Positions 18,427 through 27,594 of a DNA stretch of 32,000 nucleotides are shown here, in pieces. Source of the DNA: Synechococcus elongatus PCC 6301. Its GTDB lineage: Bacteria > Cyanobacteriota > Cyanobacteriia > Synechococcales > Synechococcaceae. The stretch spans positions 2,310,001 through 2,342,000 of the forward strand of contig NC_006576.1 of NCBI RefSeq assembly GCF_000010065.1, read 5' to 3'. The translations under genes were made by a program, and so were the position numbers. The notes under the pieces were generated by a model. It was not told the DNA's origin. It ran no database searches and saw only the letters and a list, made by a program, of their open reading frames with translations. Every line of letters begins with the position of its first letter. Positions within the stretch are counted from its first letter, which is position 1.

Positions 18427-20673
18427 ATGAACTTCTCGATTGCCACGCTTCTGACTCAGTTCAGTGAAGGAAAGTTTGTTGCCCCAAAACAGCTGGAAAA
18501 AAAACTGGGCTGTGAGGACGAGGACAAGAGCCGCAAATTGCAGATTATCTTGGACGCTTTGGACGCTTTGGAGCGTTTAGGGCTGTTGACCAAAGACCGA
18601 GGCAAATACCGGCGCAACGAAGAAAACGAGTGGGTAGAGGCGCGGTTGCGTTGCTCGAGCAAAGGCTTTTGCTTTGCTATTCAAGACGCTGAAGATGCGG
18701 AGGATATTTACATCCGCGAGCATCAGCTCAATCATGCCTGGAATGGCGATCGCGTTTTGGTGAACGTGCTGCGTGAGGGCAGTCGCCGTCGCAGTCCGGA
18801 AGGGGAAGTCAAGCTGATTCTGGAACGGGCAAACAGCAGCGTCTTGGCACGAATTACTGAAAAAGCTGAAGGCGAGGGCTTCCGAGCCGTCCCGCTCGAC
18901 GATCGCCTACTCTGTGAACTTGATTTAGAGAGTAACGGCCTTGATTTAGCCGCCAATCGTGATCACCTGGCGAGTGTGGCGGTTCAGCGCTATCCCTTGG
19001 CGCAACTGCCCCCCGTCGGTAAAGTAACCCAGATTTTGGGCAGTGACCCCGAGTCTGCTTCACCAGTCGACCTAATTCGTTGTAAGCACAACCTGCCGGC
19101 CGACTGGAGTGAAGCGGCGATCGCAGCGCTGACGGATTTGGCTCAAACGGCGGATGCCAATGCCATTCAAGGTCGCTTGGATTTGCGGTCTGTATTTACG
19201 GTGGCGATCGCAGCGGATGATTCCCGCCCGCTCGACGTTGCCCTGAGCCTGCAGCCGGGAGAATCTGGTGGATGGCAAGTGATGGTTCACACCGTTGAGG
19301 TGGCTCCTTATCTGCCGCTGCAGTCTGATTTGGATCTTGAAGCCCAGCGGCACGGGATTGATCTGCGTTTGGGCGAGACGGCCTTGCCCTTCCTGCCGCC
19401 CGTGCTGACTCAAGGGGTGGGTCGCTTTGCTGTGGGCGAGGATCGGCGCGCCGTCTCCTTGCTGATCCGCGTCGATGCGACGGGAGCTGTTCAGGACTAT
19501 GAACTGCAACCCAGTTTGGTGCAGCTCGATCAGGTGCTGTCTCCGGCTGAGGCAACAGATTTACTGGCTGACAGCAAAGCAAAGGGTGAAGGAATCAAAG
19601 CCCTTAAAGAGCTGCAGACGATCGCTGATCTGTGGCGAACCCAACGGCGGGAACGGGGCGGTTTTGAACTGACGGTGACGCCGGCGATCGGCAATGACGA
19701 GGGGGCGTTGGGCGTTATCTCGCGATCGCCCGCGATCGCTGGAGCAGTCCAAGAAATTCTGATTCAGGCCAATCGTCTGGTCACGGAACATCTGCAAGCC
19801 TTGGAGCTGCCAGTGCTCTACGTTGGGCAGCGATCGCCCGACCTCGGCAGCATTCAAGATGCCCAGCGGCTGGCAGCGGGTTTGGGCCTGGCGATCGAAG
19901 TTGATGAGAATGAGACCGAACTGAATCGCTTGGCGCTGCAGCAGTTGAGTGATGCGACCCAGACTTCCGAGCTGGCCAGCTTGCTTGACCATCTGCTGCT
20001 GCAAACCTTTAAGCCGAGCTTCTACAGTACTCTGGCCGTGCCCCACTTCAGCCTCGGCCTAGAAACCTATGGCCATTTTGTTGCCCCAAGCCAGCGCTAT
20101 GCCGACCTCTGGTTGCAGCGGGTGATCTTGGCACTATTCCAACAGGGTCGCGATCGCCGCTCTAGCCGCAGCAAAGAGGGCGTCAACATTCGTCACAGCA
20201 GCAGCCACGGCCAGATCAACTGGAGCGTGCTGCCACCGGAGGTGCAGACAGAACTCGAAACGGATCTGAAACTCCTAGCGCAGCAGCTCAGCGAAGCCGA
20301 AAAACGGGCTACCGAAGCCAGTGCAGACTACCAAGGGCTCCAGAAGGCGGCCGCCGCCAAGGCCTGCATTGGTCAGACTTTCGCTGGGGTGATTCGGGGC
20401 GTTCAATCCTACGGCTTCTTTGTTCAGATCGAAGCCTTGCAGGTTGAGGGACTGGTTCACGTCAGCTCGCCCAAGGACGACTGGTACGAATACCGATCGC
20501 GCCAGCAGCGGTTGATTGGCCGCAAGAATCGTCGTCAGTTTGGTTTGGGCGATCGCGTTGAGGTGGAAATTCGCAACGTCGATTACTACCGCCAGCAAAT
20601 TGACCTTGGGGTGCTGCCCTTGCCGGAAGCGCAGTCGGAAACCTCCGATCGCGAACCCTTGGAGATGCTGTGA
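18427..20673 (+). CDS. RNase R / RNase II family exoribonuclease with C-terminal S1 domain
   Basis: SKGFCFAIQDAEDAEDIYI, YLPLQSDLDLEAQRHG, HFSLGLETYGHFVAPSQRYADLWLQRVI, and S1 segment GQTFAGVIRGVQSYGFFVQIEALQVEGLVHVSS. Confidence 0.88.
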   Translation: MNFSIATLLTQFSEGKFVAPKQLEKKLGCEDEDKSRKLQIILDALDALERLGLLTKDRGKYRRNEENEWVEARLRCSSKGFCFAIQDAEDAEDIYIREHQLNHAWNGDRVLVNVLREGSRRRSPEGEVKLILERANSSVLARITEKAEGEGFRAVPLDDRLLCELDLESNGLDLAANRDHLASVAVQRYPLAQLPPVGKVTQILGSDPESASPVDLIRCKHNLPADWSEAAIAALTDLAQTADANAIQGRLDLRSVFTVAIAADDSRPLDVALSLQPGESGGWQVMVHTVEVAPYLPLQSDLDLEAQRHGIDLRLGETALPFLPPVLTQGVGRFAVGEDRRAVSLLIRVDATGAVQDYELQPSLVQLDQVLSPAEATDLLADSKAKGEGIKALKELQTIADLWRTQRRERGGFELTVTPAIGNDEGALGVISRSPAIAGAVQEILIQANRLVTEHLQALELPVLYVGQRSPDLGSIQDAQRLAAGLGLAIEVDENETELNRLALQQLSDATQTSELASLLDHLLLQTFKPSFYSTLAVPHFSLGLETYGHFVAPSQRYADLWLQRVILALFQQGRDRRSSRSKEGVNIRHSSSHGQINWSVLPPEVQTELETDLKLLAQQLSEAEKRATEASADYQGLQKAAAAKACIGQTFAGVIRGVQSYGFFVQIEALQVEGLVHVSSPKDDWYEYRSRQQRLIGRKNRRQFGLGDRVEVEIRNVDYYRQQIDLGVLPLPEAQSETSDREPLEML

Positions 20674-21308
20674 GTTCGACCGATTCCCTTCCCCTCGTGC
20701 TAGGGGTCAGCGGAGCCTCGGGCATGATCTATGCGGTCCGGGCTCTGCGTCACCTCCTCTTGGCAGATCTGGCGGTTGACCTTGTCGCCTCTCGGGCTGC
20801 AGCTGAAGTCTGGCGATCGGAATCCCAAATTCCCTTTCCCTCTGCACCTGAGCTGCAAGAAAAGTTTTGGCGCGAGCAAGCGGGTGTGCCCGATCGCGGT
20901 CATCTGGTCTGCCATCGCAGCAGCAATGTCGGTGCACGCATTGCCAGCGGTTCTTTTCGAACGCGAGGCATGGTCATCCTGCCCTGCAGCATGAGTACGG
21001 TTGGCAAGTTAGCCTCAGGGGTCGGCAGCGATTTGCTCGAGCGATCGGCAGACGTCCACCTCAAAGAAGGGCGCTGCTTAGCAGTGGTGCCACGGGAAAC
21101 CCCCTTCAACCTGATCCATCTGCGCAACCTCACCACCTTGGCCGAAGCTGGGGCGCGGATCGTGCCAGCGATTCCTGCTTGGTACCATCAACCCCAAACC
21201 ATCGACGATTTGGTGGATTTTGTGGTGGCCCGCGTCTTGGATTGCTTCGGGTTGGACTGTGTTCCTCTCAATCGTTGGCAGGGCAATGTTGATCTAGCCG
21301 AGGATTAG
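20670..21308 (+). CDS. ubiX: Flavin prenyltransferase UbiX
   Basis: LVLGVSGASGMIYAVRALRHLL, MVILPCSMSTVGKLASGVGSDLLERSADVHLKEGRCLAVVPRETPFNLIHLRNL. GTG start overlaps the upstream TGA. Confidence 0.95.
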   Translation: MSSTDSLPLVLGVSGASGMIYAVRALRHLLLADLAVDLVASRAAAEVWRSESQIPFPSAPELQEKFWREQAGVPDRGHLVCHRSSNVGARIASGSFRTRGMVILPCSMSTVGKLASGVGSDLLERSADVHLKEGRCLAVVPRETPFNLIHLRNLTTLAEAGARIVPAIPAWYHQPQTIDDLVDFVVARVLDCFGLDCVPLNRWQGNVDLAED

Positions 21309-21310
21309 TC

Positions 21311-21907
21311 ATGCGCTCTGCGCTCGGACTTGGATTTTTGGCGATCGCGCTGGTGAGCGTGTTGCTGTTGATCAGTAACCTCGGCCTGCGCCTGCCGGTC
21401 TACTTTTTGACCCTGCAAACTCGTCCTCAACCCTTGGGACTCTGGTTGGTGTTGGCGATTGCGGCCGGCTTGCTCACTAGCGCTATCCTTCACCTTTGTC
21501 TGGGGTGGTTGGCATCGCCTGCAGGGGCGGCTCCAGCCAATGCAACGGCGGCTAATGCTACCGAACCGCGATCGCGACGACGCGGTGATTGGACTTTCAT
21601 GGGACGAGAAGCTGGGGGGCAACAACAACGCCGGAATTCCACTGCTGCCGACGCTCCCGAGCCTTGGGAAACCGCAGGCTGGTCGGCGCGAACCAGTGCA
21701 GAGGCGACACCGCCCCCGCGATCGCCTCGCCCTGAGGCATCGGCCTCCCCTCCGGCTGAACGCGTGATTGATACAGGCTTCCGGGTCATCAAACCGCCAA
21801 CTTCTGCTGCTGCAGAGCCCTCCCCAAACCGCCGCACGAACGCTGCGCCACCATCAGCAACTTCCACGGAAGACGATTGGGATTTTGTTGAGAAAGACGA
21901 TTGGTAG
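21311..21907 (+). CDS. Conserved-type hypothetical: two N-terminal TM segments and a disordered Trp/Asp-rich tail
   Basis: MRSALGLGFLAIALVSVLLLISNLG...LVLAIAAGLLTSAILHLCLGWL, then an Ala/Pro/Arg-rich linker ending TEDDWDFVEKDDW. Confidence 0.65.
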   Translation: MRSALGLGFLAIALVSVLLLISNLGLRLPVYFLTLQTRPQPLGLWLVLAIAAGLLTSAILHLCLGWLASPAGAAPANATAANATEPRSRRRGDWTFMGREAGGQQQRRNSTAADAPEPWETAGWSARTSAEATPPPRSPRPEASASPPAERVIDTGFRVIKPPTSAAAEPSPNRRTNAAPPSATSTEDDWDFVEKDDW

Positions 21908-21967
21908 CGGAGCGGCGATCGGTAAGATCAACGCAACGCTGTCCTGTCTCACCCCCGATCAGTCCCG

Positions 21968-22402
21968 ATGTCTGAAGAACAAGTCGTCCCCACCCCCGAA
22001 GCAGCAGCCAAGCCTGCAGCTAAAAAAGAAAAGCCCCCTGCCCTCGAAGACAAACCTTTTAAAGAGTTTGTCCAGACTGATCTGTTACCCGCAGTGCAGC
22101 AAGCCCTGAGCGATCGCGGCTTAGCCGATCTCGACCTCCAATTTGTTGAGGCTCCGCTGCCGGTCACGGGCGATCGCTGTTGGCAGTTGCAGGGATCTTG
22201 GGCCAAGGGCCAGCGGCGCTTCCTGCTGGGTTTTAGTGAAGAAAGCCTAACTGCACCCAAGGTGTTTTCCTTAGCCGACGGCAAGGCTACTCCAGCGACC
22301 CTAGAAGCTTTCCTCGGCGATGAGCGCAAAATTACCCTGCCCCTGCTGCTCAATCGCATCCTCTCGCGTTTGAACGGTCAGAAATGGCTCGAGCAAAATT
22401 AA
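21968..22402 (+). CDS. DUF2996 family-like protein
   Basis: KPFKEFVQTDLLPAVQQALSDRGLADLDLQFVEAPLPVTGDRCWQLQGSWAKGQRRFLLGFSEESL. Confidence 0.75.
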   Translation: MSEEQVVPTPEAAAKPAAKKEKPPALEDKPFKEFVQTDLLPAVQQALSDRGLADLDLQFVEAPLPVTGDRCWQLQGSWAKGQRRFLLGFSEESLTAPKVFSLADGKATPATLEAFLGDERKITLPLLLNRILSRLNGQKWLEQN

Positions 22403-22555
22403 CAAAGATGTAACACTTTGTCGTAACTCTTCACTCCCTGTCGGCCTTCCCTTTAGAGGCCGTTGATAGACTGAAGACGGTCTGGAGTTCTCACACGGCA
22501 GTGAGTGACTTGTGGCCATTTCAGGCGAACTTCACAACCAACTCCCAGCACAGCT

Positions 22556-23632
22556 ATGGTTGATTCCCTCCAAAAACCCGAACTCGAAGAATTGCGTCCG
22601 GGCATTAAGGCTCCTGCCAAAGAGACAATCCTGACGCCTCGCTTTTACACCACTGACTTTGAAGCGATGGCCAAGATGGATCTCTCGCCTAATGAGGATG
22701 AGCTACGGGCCATCTTGGAGGAGTTCCGCGCCGACTACAACCGCAAACACTTTGTCCGCACGCCGGAGTTTGATGGTTCAGCCGCTGACATGGACCCAGA
22801 GACCAAAAAGGTCTTTGTTGAATTCCTAGAGCAGTCCTGCACCTCCGAATTCTCTGGCTTCCTGCTCTACAAAGAGCTCAGCCGTCGCATCAAAAACCGT
22901 AACCCGCTCTTGGCGGAATGCTTTGAGTTGATGGCTCGTGATGAAGCTCGCCACGCTGGCTTCCTCAACAAGTCGATGAGCGACTTTGATCTGCAGCTCG
23001 ACCTCGGCTTCCTGACTGCTAATAAGAAGTACACCTACTTCAAACCGGCCTACATTTTCTATGCCACCTACCTGAGCGAGAAGATCGGTTACTGGCGCTA
23101 CATTACGATCTTCCGTCACCTTGAGCAGCATCCGGAATATCGGATTTACCCGATATTCAAGTTCTTTGAGAACTGGTGCCAAGACGAAAATCGTCACGGT
23201 GACTTCTTCGACGCCCTGATGAAGGCTCAACCTTCGACGGTGCGTGGCTTTGTTGCCAAACTCTGGTGCCGCTTCTTCCTGCTGGCAGTCTTCGCAACGA
23301 TGTACATCCGTGACGTCCAGCGTAAAGAGTTCTACGAAGCCTTGGGCCTAGATGCCCGTGAGTACGATCGCCACGTGATCGCCAAGACCAACGAGACTTC
23401 AGCTCGGGTCTTCCCAGTGGTTCTCGATGTCGATCATCCCAAGTTCTACGATCGCCTTGAAACCTGCATCGCCAACAACAACCAGTTGGCTGCAATCGAG
23501 GCAACAAGTGCACCTAAGCCAGTGAAAGTGCTGCGGAAGCTCCCCTACTACCTCTCCAATGGTCTGCAGCTCCTGAAGCTGTACTTGGTTAAACCGTTGG
23601 AGTCAGATGTCTACCAGCCTGCGGTTCGCTAA
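22556..23632 (+). CDS. acsF: Mg-protoporphyrin IX monomethyl ester (oxidative) cyclase
   Basis: [81 protein letters not shown]: diiron ExxH motifs. Start at internal ATG 22556. Confidence 0.97.
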   Translation: MVDSLQKPELEELRPGIKAPAKETILTPRFYTTDFEAMAKMDLSPNEDELRAILEEFRADYNRKHFVRTPEFDGSAADMDPETKKVFVEFLEQSCTSEFSGFLLYKELSRRIKNRNPLLAECFELMARDEARHAGFLNKSMSDFDLQLDLGFLTANKKYTYFKPAYIFYATYLSEKIGYWRYITIFRHLEQHPEYRIYPIFKFFENWCQDENRHGDFFDALMKAQPSTVRGFVAKLWCRFFLLAVFATMYIRDVQRKEFYEALGLDAREYDRHVIAKTNETSARVFPVVLDVDHPKFYDRLETCIANNNQLAAIEATSAPKPVKVLRKLPYYLSNGLQLLKLYLVKPLESDVYQPAVR

Positions 23633-23656
23633 CGTTCAGCAGCCTTAGATTCCACC

Positions 23657-23690
23657 AAAGCAGGGTCGCTATCAGTTACCCTGCTTTACT
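23657..23690 (+). terminator. Terminator-like stem-loop downstream of acsF
   Basis: AAAGCAGGGT (23657-23666), 11-nt loop, ACCCTGCTTT (23678-23687): perfect 10-bp stem followed by ACTATTTTC. Confidence 0.65.
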
Positions 23691-23795
23691 ATTTTCTGAG
23701 TTCTAGCCTGCTTCCCAACTGAGAGCGATCGTGCTCAGAAGTTGACATTGTCCTTCTATGATGGGGAAGCTCTGAACTGTCCAATCCTTGACTCA

Positions 23796-24536
23796 ATGAC
23801 CTTGACGTCTTCTCAAAAACCTTTTCGGCTACTGGTGGGCGATCGTGAGGTTCAGGAAAGTGACTTAGCAGCACTGCTCCAAAAGCATCAACTCCTTCCA
23901 GAACTCGTCAAACGCATGCGCTTTGCGCAAGTTATTGAGGGGATTGAAGTCCAGCCCGATGTCCTTGAGCAGGAATGTCAGGCCTGGTGTAAGCAGAATG
24001 GCATTGCTCCACAACAGTTACCCCAACTGCTAGCGCAGCAGCAAATCTCGCTTGAGCAATGGATGTCATCGGTTGAAAATCGATTGCGCCTGCGCCTCTT
24101 TCAAGAACGTGAATTTAGCCACCGCGCTGAAAATCGCTTTCTCAAGCGGAAGAGCCAGTTGGATCTGGTGACCTACTCCTTACTCCGGCATTCGGATGGC
24201 CATCTCATTCAGGAGCTCTACCAGCAACTCTTGCATGGAGAAGCTACGTTTGAGGATTTGGCAACTCAATTTTCGCAAGGCCATGAGGCTAAGACGGCAG
24301 GTAAGTTGGGCCCTGTACCCTTGAGTCAGCCCCATCCAGCTCTTGCTGAAGTCTTGCGTACCGCCCAACCAGGGCAGATTCTCCCACCCCGGAATCTGGA
24401 ATCTTACTGGTTGATTATCCGCCTCGATCAGCTGCAGCCAGTGGCATTTAATGAGACAATTCGCCGGCAGATGCTGCAGGAATTGTTTGATGAATGGTTA
24501 GGTGCGGAAGTTCAGCAAACACTAAATACTCTGTAA
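23796..24536 (+). CDS. PpiC/parvulin-like peptidylprolyl isomerase, probably associated with type I secretion
   Basis: C-terminal EATFEDLATQFSQGHEAKTAGKLGPVPLSQPHPALAEVLRTAQPGQILPPRNLESYWLIIRLDQ resembles a parvulin domain. Directly upstream of an ABC exporter gene. Confidence 0.75.
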   Translation: MTLTSSQKPFRLLVGDREVQESDLAALLQKHQLLPELVKRMRFAQVIEGIEVQPDVLEQECQAWCKQNGIAPQQLPQLLAQQQISLEQWMSSVENRLRLRLFQEREFSHRAENRFLKRKSQLDLVTYSLLRHSDGHLIQELYQQLLHGEATFEDLATQFSQGHEAKTAGKLGPVPLSQPHPALAEVLRTAQPGQILPPRNLESYWLIIRLDQLQPVAFNETIRRQMLQELFDEWLGAEVQQTLNTL

Positions 24537-24550
24537 GTTGTCCCTAAACA

Positions 24551-27500
24551 ATGGTTGCTATTCCTTCGAACCTCTGTGAACTTCTAGCAGGGCAAGCCTA
24601 TTTTCAGGCCTATCCTGCCGCGGCCTATGAACCGTGGCGAGCACAACTCCAGCTGGGTAAGTTTGCAGTTGGTCAACCTTTACTCCCCCCAGAGCAGCTG
24701 CCCAGTCATGTCTTAGTTGTCTTGAGTGGCCAGATTCGGGTTGTCTATCAGCCGGTGGGTCAGGTTCGAGGAATTAGCTTAGGCCGCTTCGGCGCTGGGG
24801 CTTGTCTTGGCTGGGCACCTCTGTTGCGGGGATGCCCCGGAGAAGCGAGTAGTGGATCTGAGGCAGGAGCTGTTCTCGCGATTCCAGCTGCTGCCTTCTT
24901 AGACATGCTGAAGCAGTTGCCAGACTTGGCTCAGGCTTTTGGCAGCCAAGCCGCGCCTAGTGAGGTGATGTCGGTTTTACAGGCCCAGTCTTGGCCCAGT
25001 CCACTCACCGTTCAGGAGTGGTCGGCCTTTGTCCAAGAGTTATTGCCCCAGACGCGGGTGCAGCTTGTGGATACGGTACATAGCGGTGCTAACACGCTGT
25101 TGTCTAGGGACTACGACTGGTATGTGAGTGGTAACAATGGCACCTCGGCGCTTGGTCTGCCGATTGATCTGGAGGCTGCGATTCCCTCGCCTAAGGGTAG
25201 TCTGGCCCTGCGCTTGCTTGGGTTGCCTGCAGGAACTGTTGCGCAACGGCAGACGCGCAACCACCATGACGCTGTAGGAACTTCAGAAGAACCTTCAACG
25301 GCTGCTACTACAGATAGTGCCACTGTTACCGATTCACCTTCGCCTTGGACCTCTACCGTCCCTGCTGATCTGTCAGCGGACCTCTACGACGGCAGTCAGC
25401 GCAGTCAAAAATTCCCAGTCGAGCGCGGAAATGATCCCGTGAGTGAGGCACAAGCCTGCCTCAAAATGATCGCGCGATCGCTCAAAATTCCTTTTCGCCG
25501 CGACCAAGTTCAACGCGTTATTGAAGAACAATATCGACGCCTCAAATCAATTTCTCTGCAAGAGCTCGCAGTGTTGCTGGAAATGCAGGCGCTGCGCAGT
25601 CAGATTTTGCAGCTACGTCTGGTTGATTTGCCCCGAGTGCCTTTACCTGCGCTGATTGCTTGGGAAGAAGGCCATGCTGTGCTTTACGCGGTTGATGCAA
25701 CTAGCATCACTTTTGCCGATCCTCGACAAGGCTTAATAACGCTTTCTTTGGCGGAATTTCAGCAGCGCTGGGGCAACGCTGGCACTATTTTGCTGGCCAC
25801 CAAAACCCAGTTCACCCAAAGTCAACGTTTTGGCCTGAGCTGGTTTTGGCCTTCAATCCAACGCTACCGAGTGCGCTTGATTGAGGTGCTGATTGCCTCA
25901 CTAGTCGTTCAGCTGTTTACGCTAGCCAATCCCCTAATTATCCAACAGGTGATTGACAAGGTTATCGGCCAAGGCAGTCTTAATAACCTCAATAGCTTTG
26001 CTGTCTTACTGGTTATCTTAGGTGTTTTCCAAGGGCTGCTCAGCAGCCTAAGAACCTATCTTTTTGCTGATACAACTAACCGTATTGACCTCAAGCTAGG
26101 CAGTGACATTATCGATCGACTACTGAAGTTACCTCTGCGCTATTTCGAGCGGCGACCTGTAGGGGAACTGAGTAGCCGGGTTCAAGAGCTGGAAAAAATT
26201 CGTAGTTTTCTGACTGGCACAGCTCTCACAACCGTGATGGATGCGATGTTCTCGGTCATCTACATCCTAGTCATGCTGGTTTATAGCTGGTTCTTGACAC
26301 TGGTTGCACTCTCGACAGTCCCCATCTTTGTAGCCATCACATTTTTTGCCTCGCCGGTAGTTAGACGGCAACTGCGGGAAAAAGCAGAACGGAATGCTGA
26401 AACACAGTCCCAACTTGTTGAGGTTTTGAGTGGTATCCAGACTGTTAAAGCTCAAAATATTGAACTCAAAGCCCGTTGGCAGTGGCAAGAGCGCTATGCC
26501 CGTTATATTGCCGCAGGATTCCGTAACATCAACACGTCAACTGCGGCGTCTTCACTCACCAATTTCTTTAACCAACTGTCAGGCTTACTCGTTCTTTGGG
26601 TGGGTGTGTATTTAGTATTCGACAACCAATTGAGCCTTGGTCAACTGATTGCATTCCGTATTATTTCTGGTTACGTTACCCAACCGTTATTACGACTCGC
26701 TCAGTTGTGGCAAAACTTCCAAGAGACAGCTCTATCGCTTGAGCGTTTGGCCGATATCGTTGACACCCCCCAAGAATCGGATGATGACGACCAGGGCAAG
26801 ATTCCAATGCCAATGATCAACGGCAAAGTTGAATTTCGGAATCTAAGCTTCCGCTTTGGCGAACAAGGGCCATTGCAGCTTTCGAACGTGACGCTGGAGA
26901 TACCTGCTGGTGAGTACGTTGGTATTGTTGGGCAGAGCGGCTCTGGCAAGAGTACCCTCATGAAACTTTTGCCAAGACTTTACTCGCCGCTTGAAGGTGA
27001 GATTTTGATTGATGGCTACGATATCAGCAAGGTTGGACTATATTCCCTTCGGCGCCAAATCGGCATTGTTCCTCAAGATAGTTTGCTTTTCCAAGGAACC
27101 GTCGAAGAAAATATCTCTTTAACGAAGCCGAATGCAACAACTGACGAAATCATTACTGCTGCTAAAGCGGCAGGTGCTCATGATTTCATCATGACTTTGC
27201 CTTTAGGCTATAACACTCGTGTTGGTGAGCGTGGTGGTGCCCTTTCGGGCGGCCAACGACAACGAATTGCGATCGCTAGAACCGTCTTGCAAAATCCTCA
27301 GCTTTTGATCCTTGACGAGGCAACGAGCGCCCTAGACTATGATACGGAGCGTCAGGTCAGCATCAACCTCCAACAACATTTCCGGGGCAAAACAGTATTC
27401 TTCATTACTCACCGCCTAAGTACAGTCCGACATGCTGACCGAATTATCGTTATGGATAAGGGAGCTATGGTTGAACAGGGTAGCCATGATGAATTAATGG

Positions 27501-27553
27501 AACTTAGAGGTCGCTATTTCTGTCTATATCGTCAACAAGATGCTTTGAACTAA
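24551..27553 (+). CDS. Type I secretion ABC exporter with N-terminal cNMP-binding-like domain, degenerate C39-like domain, TMD and NBD
   Basis: Walker A GQSGSGKST, signature ALSGGQRQR, Walker B LLILDEATSALD and H-loop THRLSTV. SEAQACLKMIA...EGHAVLYAVDATSITFADPRQG is the C39-like domain. The N-terminal 150 aa resemble a CRP-type sensor. Confidence 0.92.
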   Translation: MVAIPSNLCELLAGQAYFQAYPAAAYEPWRAQLQLGKFAVGQPLLPPEQLPSHVLVVLSGQIRVVYQPVGQVRGISLGRFGAGACLGWAPLLRGCPGEASSGSEAGAVLAIPAAAFLDMLKQLPDLAQAFGSQAAPSEVMSVLQAQSWPSPLTVQEWSAFVQELLPQTRVQLVDTVHSGANTLLSRDYDWYVSGNNGTSALGLPIDLEAAIPSPKGSLALRLLGLPAGTVAQRQTRNHHDAVGTSEEPSTAATTDSATVTDSPSPWTSTVPADLSADLYDGSQRSQKFPVERGNDPVSEAQACLKMIARSLKIPFRRDQVQRVIEEQYRRLKSISLQELAVLLEMQALRSQILQLRLVDLPRVPLPALIAWEEGHAVLYAVDATSITFADPRQGLITLSLAEFQQRWGNAGTILLATKTQFTQSQRFGLSWFWPSIQRYRVRLIEVLIASLVVQLFTLANPLIIQQVIDKVIGQGSLNNLNSFAVLLVILGVFQGLLSSLRTYLFADTTNRIDLKLGSDIIDRLLKLPLRYFERRPVGELSSRVQELEKIRSFLTGTALTTVMDAMFSVIYILVMLVYSWFLTLVALSTVPIFVAITFFASPVVRRQLREKAERNAETQSQLVEVLSGIQTVKAQNIELKARWQWQERYARYIAAGFRNINTSTAASSLTNFFNQLSGLLVLWVGVYLVFDNQLSLGQLIAFRIISGYVTQPLLRLAQLWQNFQETALSLERLADIVDTPQESDDDDQGKIPMPMINGKVEFRNLSFRFGEQGPLQLSNVTLEIPAGEYVGIVGQSGSGKSTLMKLLPRLYSPLEGEILIDGYDISKVGLYSLRRQIGIVPQDSLLFQGTVEENISLTKPNATTDEIITAAKAAGAHDFIMTLPLGYNTRVGERGGALSGGQRQRIAIARTVLQNPQLLILDEATSALDYDTERQVSINLQQHFRGKTVFFITHRLSTVRHADRIIVMDKGAMVEQGSHDELMELRGRYFCLYRQQDALN

Positions 27554-27594
27554 CGAGAATTCCTTTGCACTGCTTCCATTTTTAAGAGAAAGAC

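Noticed and set aside
19072-19582. Minus-strand ORFs of 145 and 128 aa inside the RNase R/II gene
   Set aside because: Shadow ORFs antisense to a supported enzyme.
20867-21292. 141-aa plus-strand ORF inside ubiX
   Set aside because: It is an alternate frame of the clear ubiX gene, with no coding signature of its own.
1-24500. Many GCGATCGC copies, considered as CRISPR or a structured repeat
   Set aside because: This is the dispersed HIP1 palindrome common in cyanobacteria. It occurs inside genes with irregular spacing, so it is not an array.
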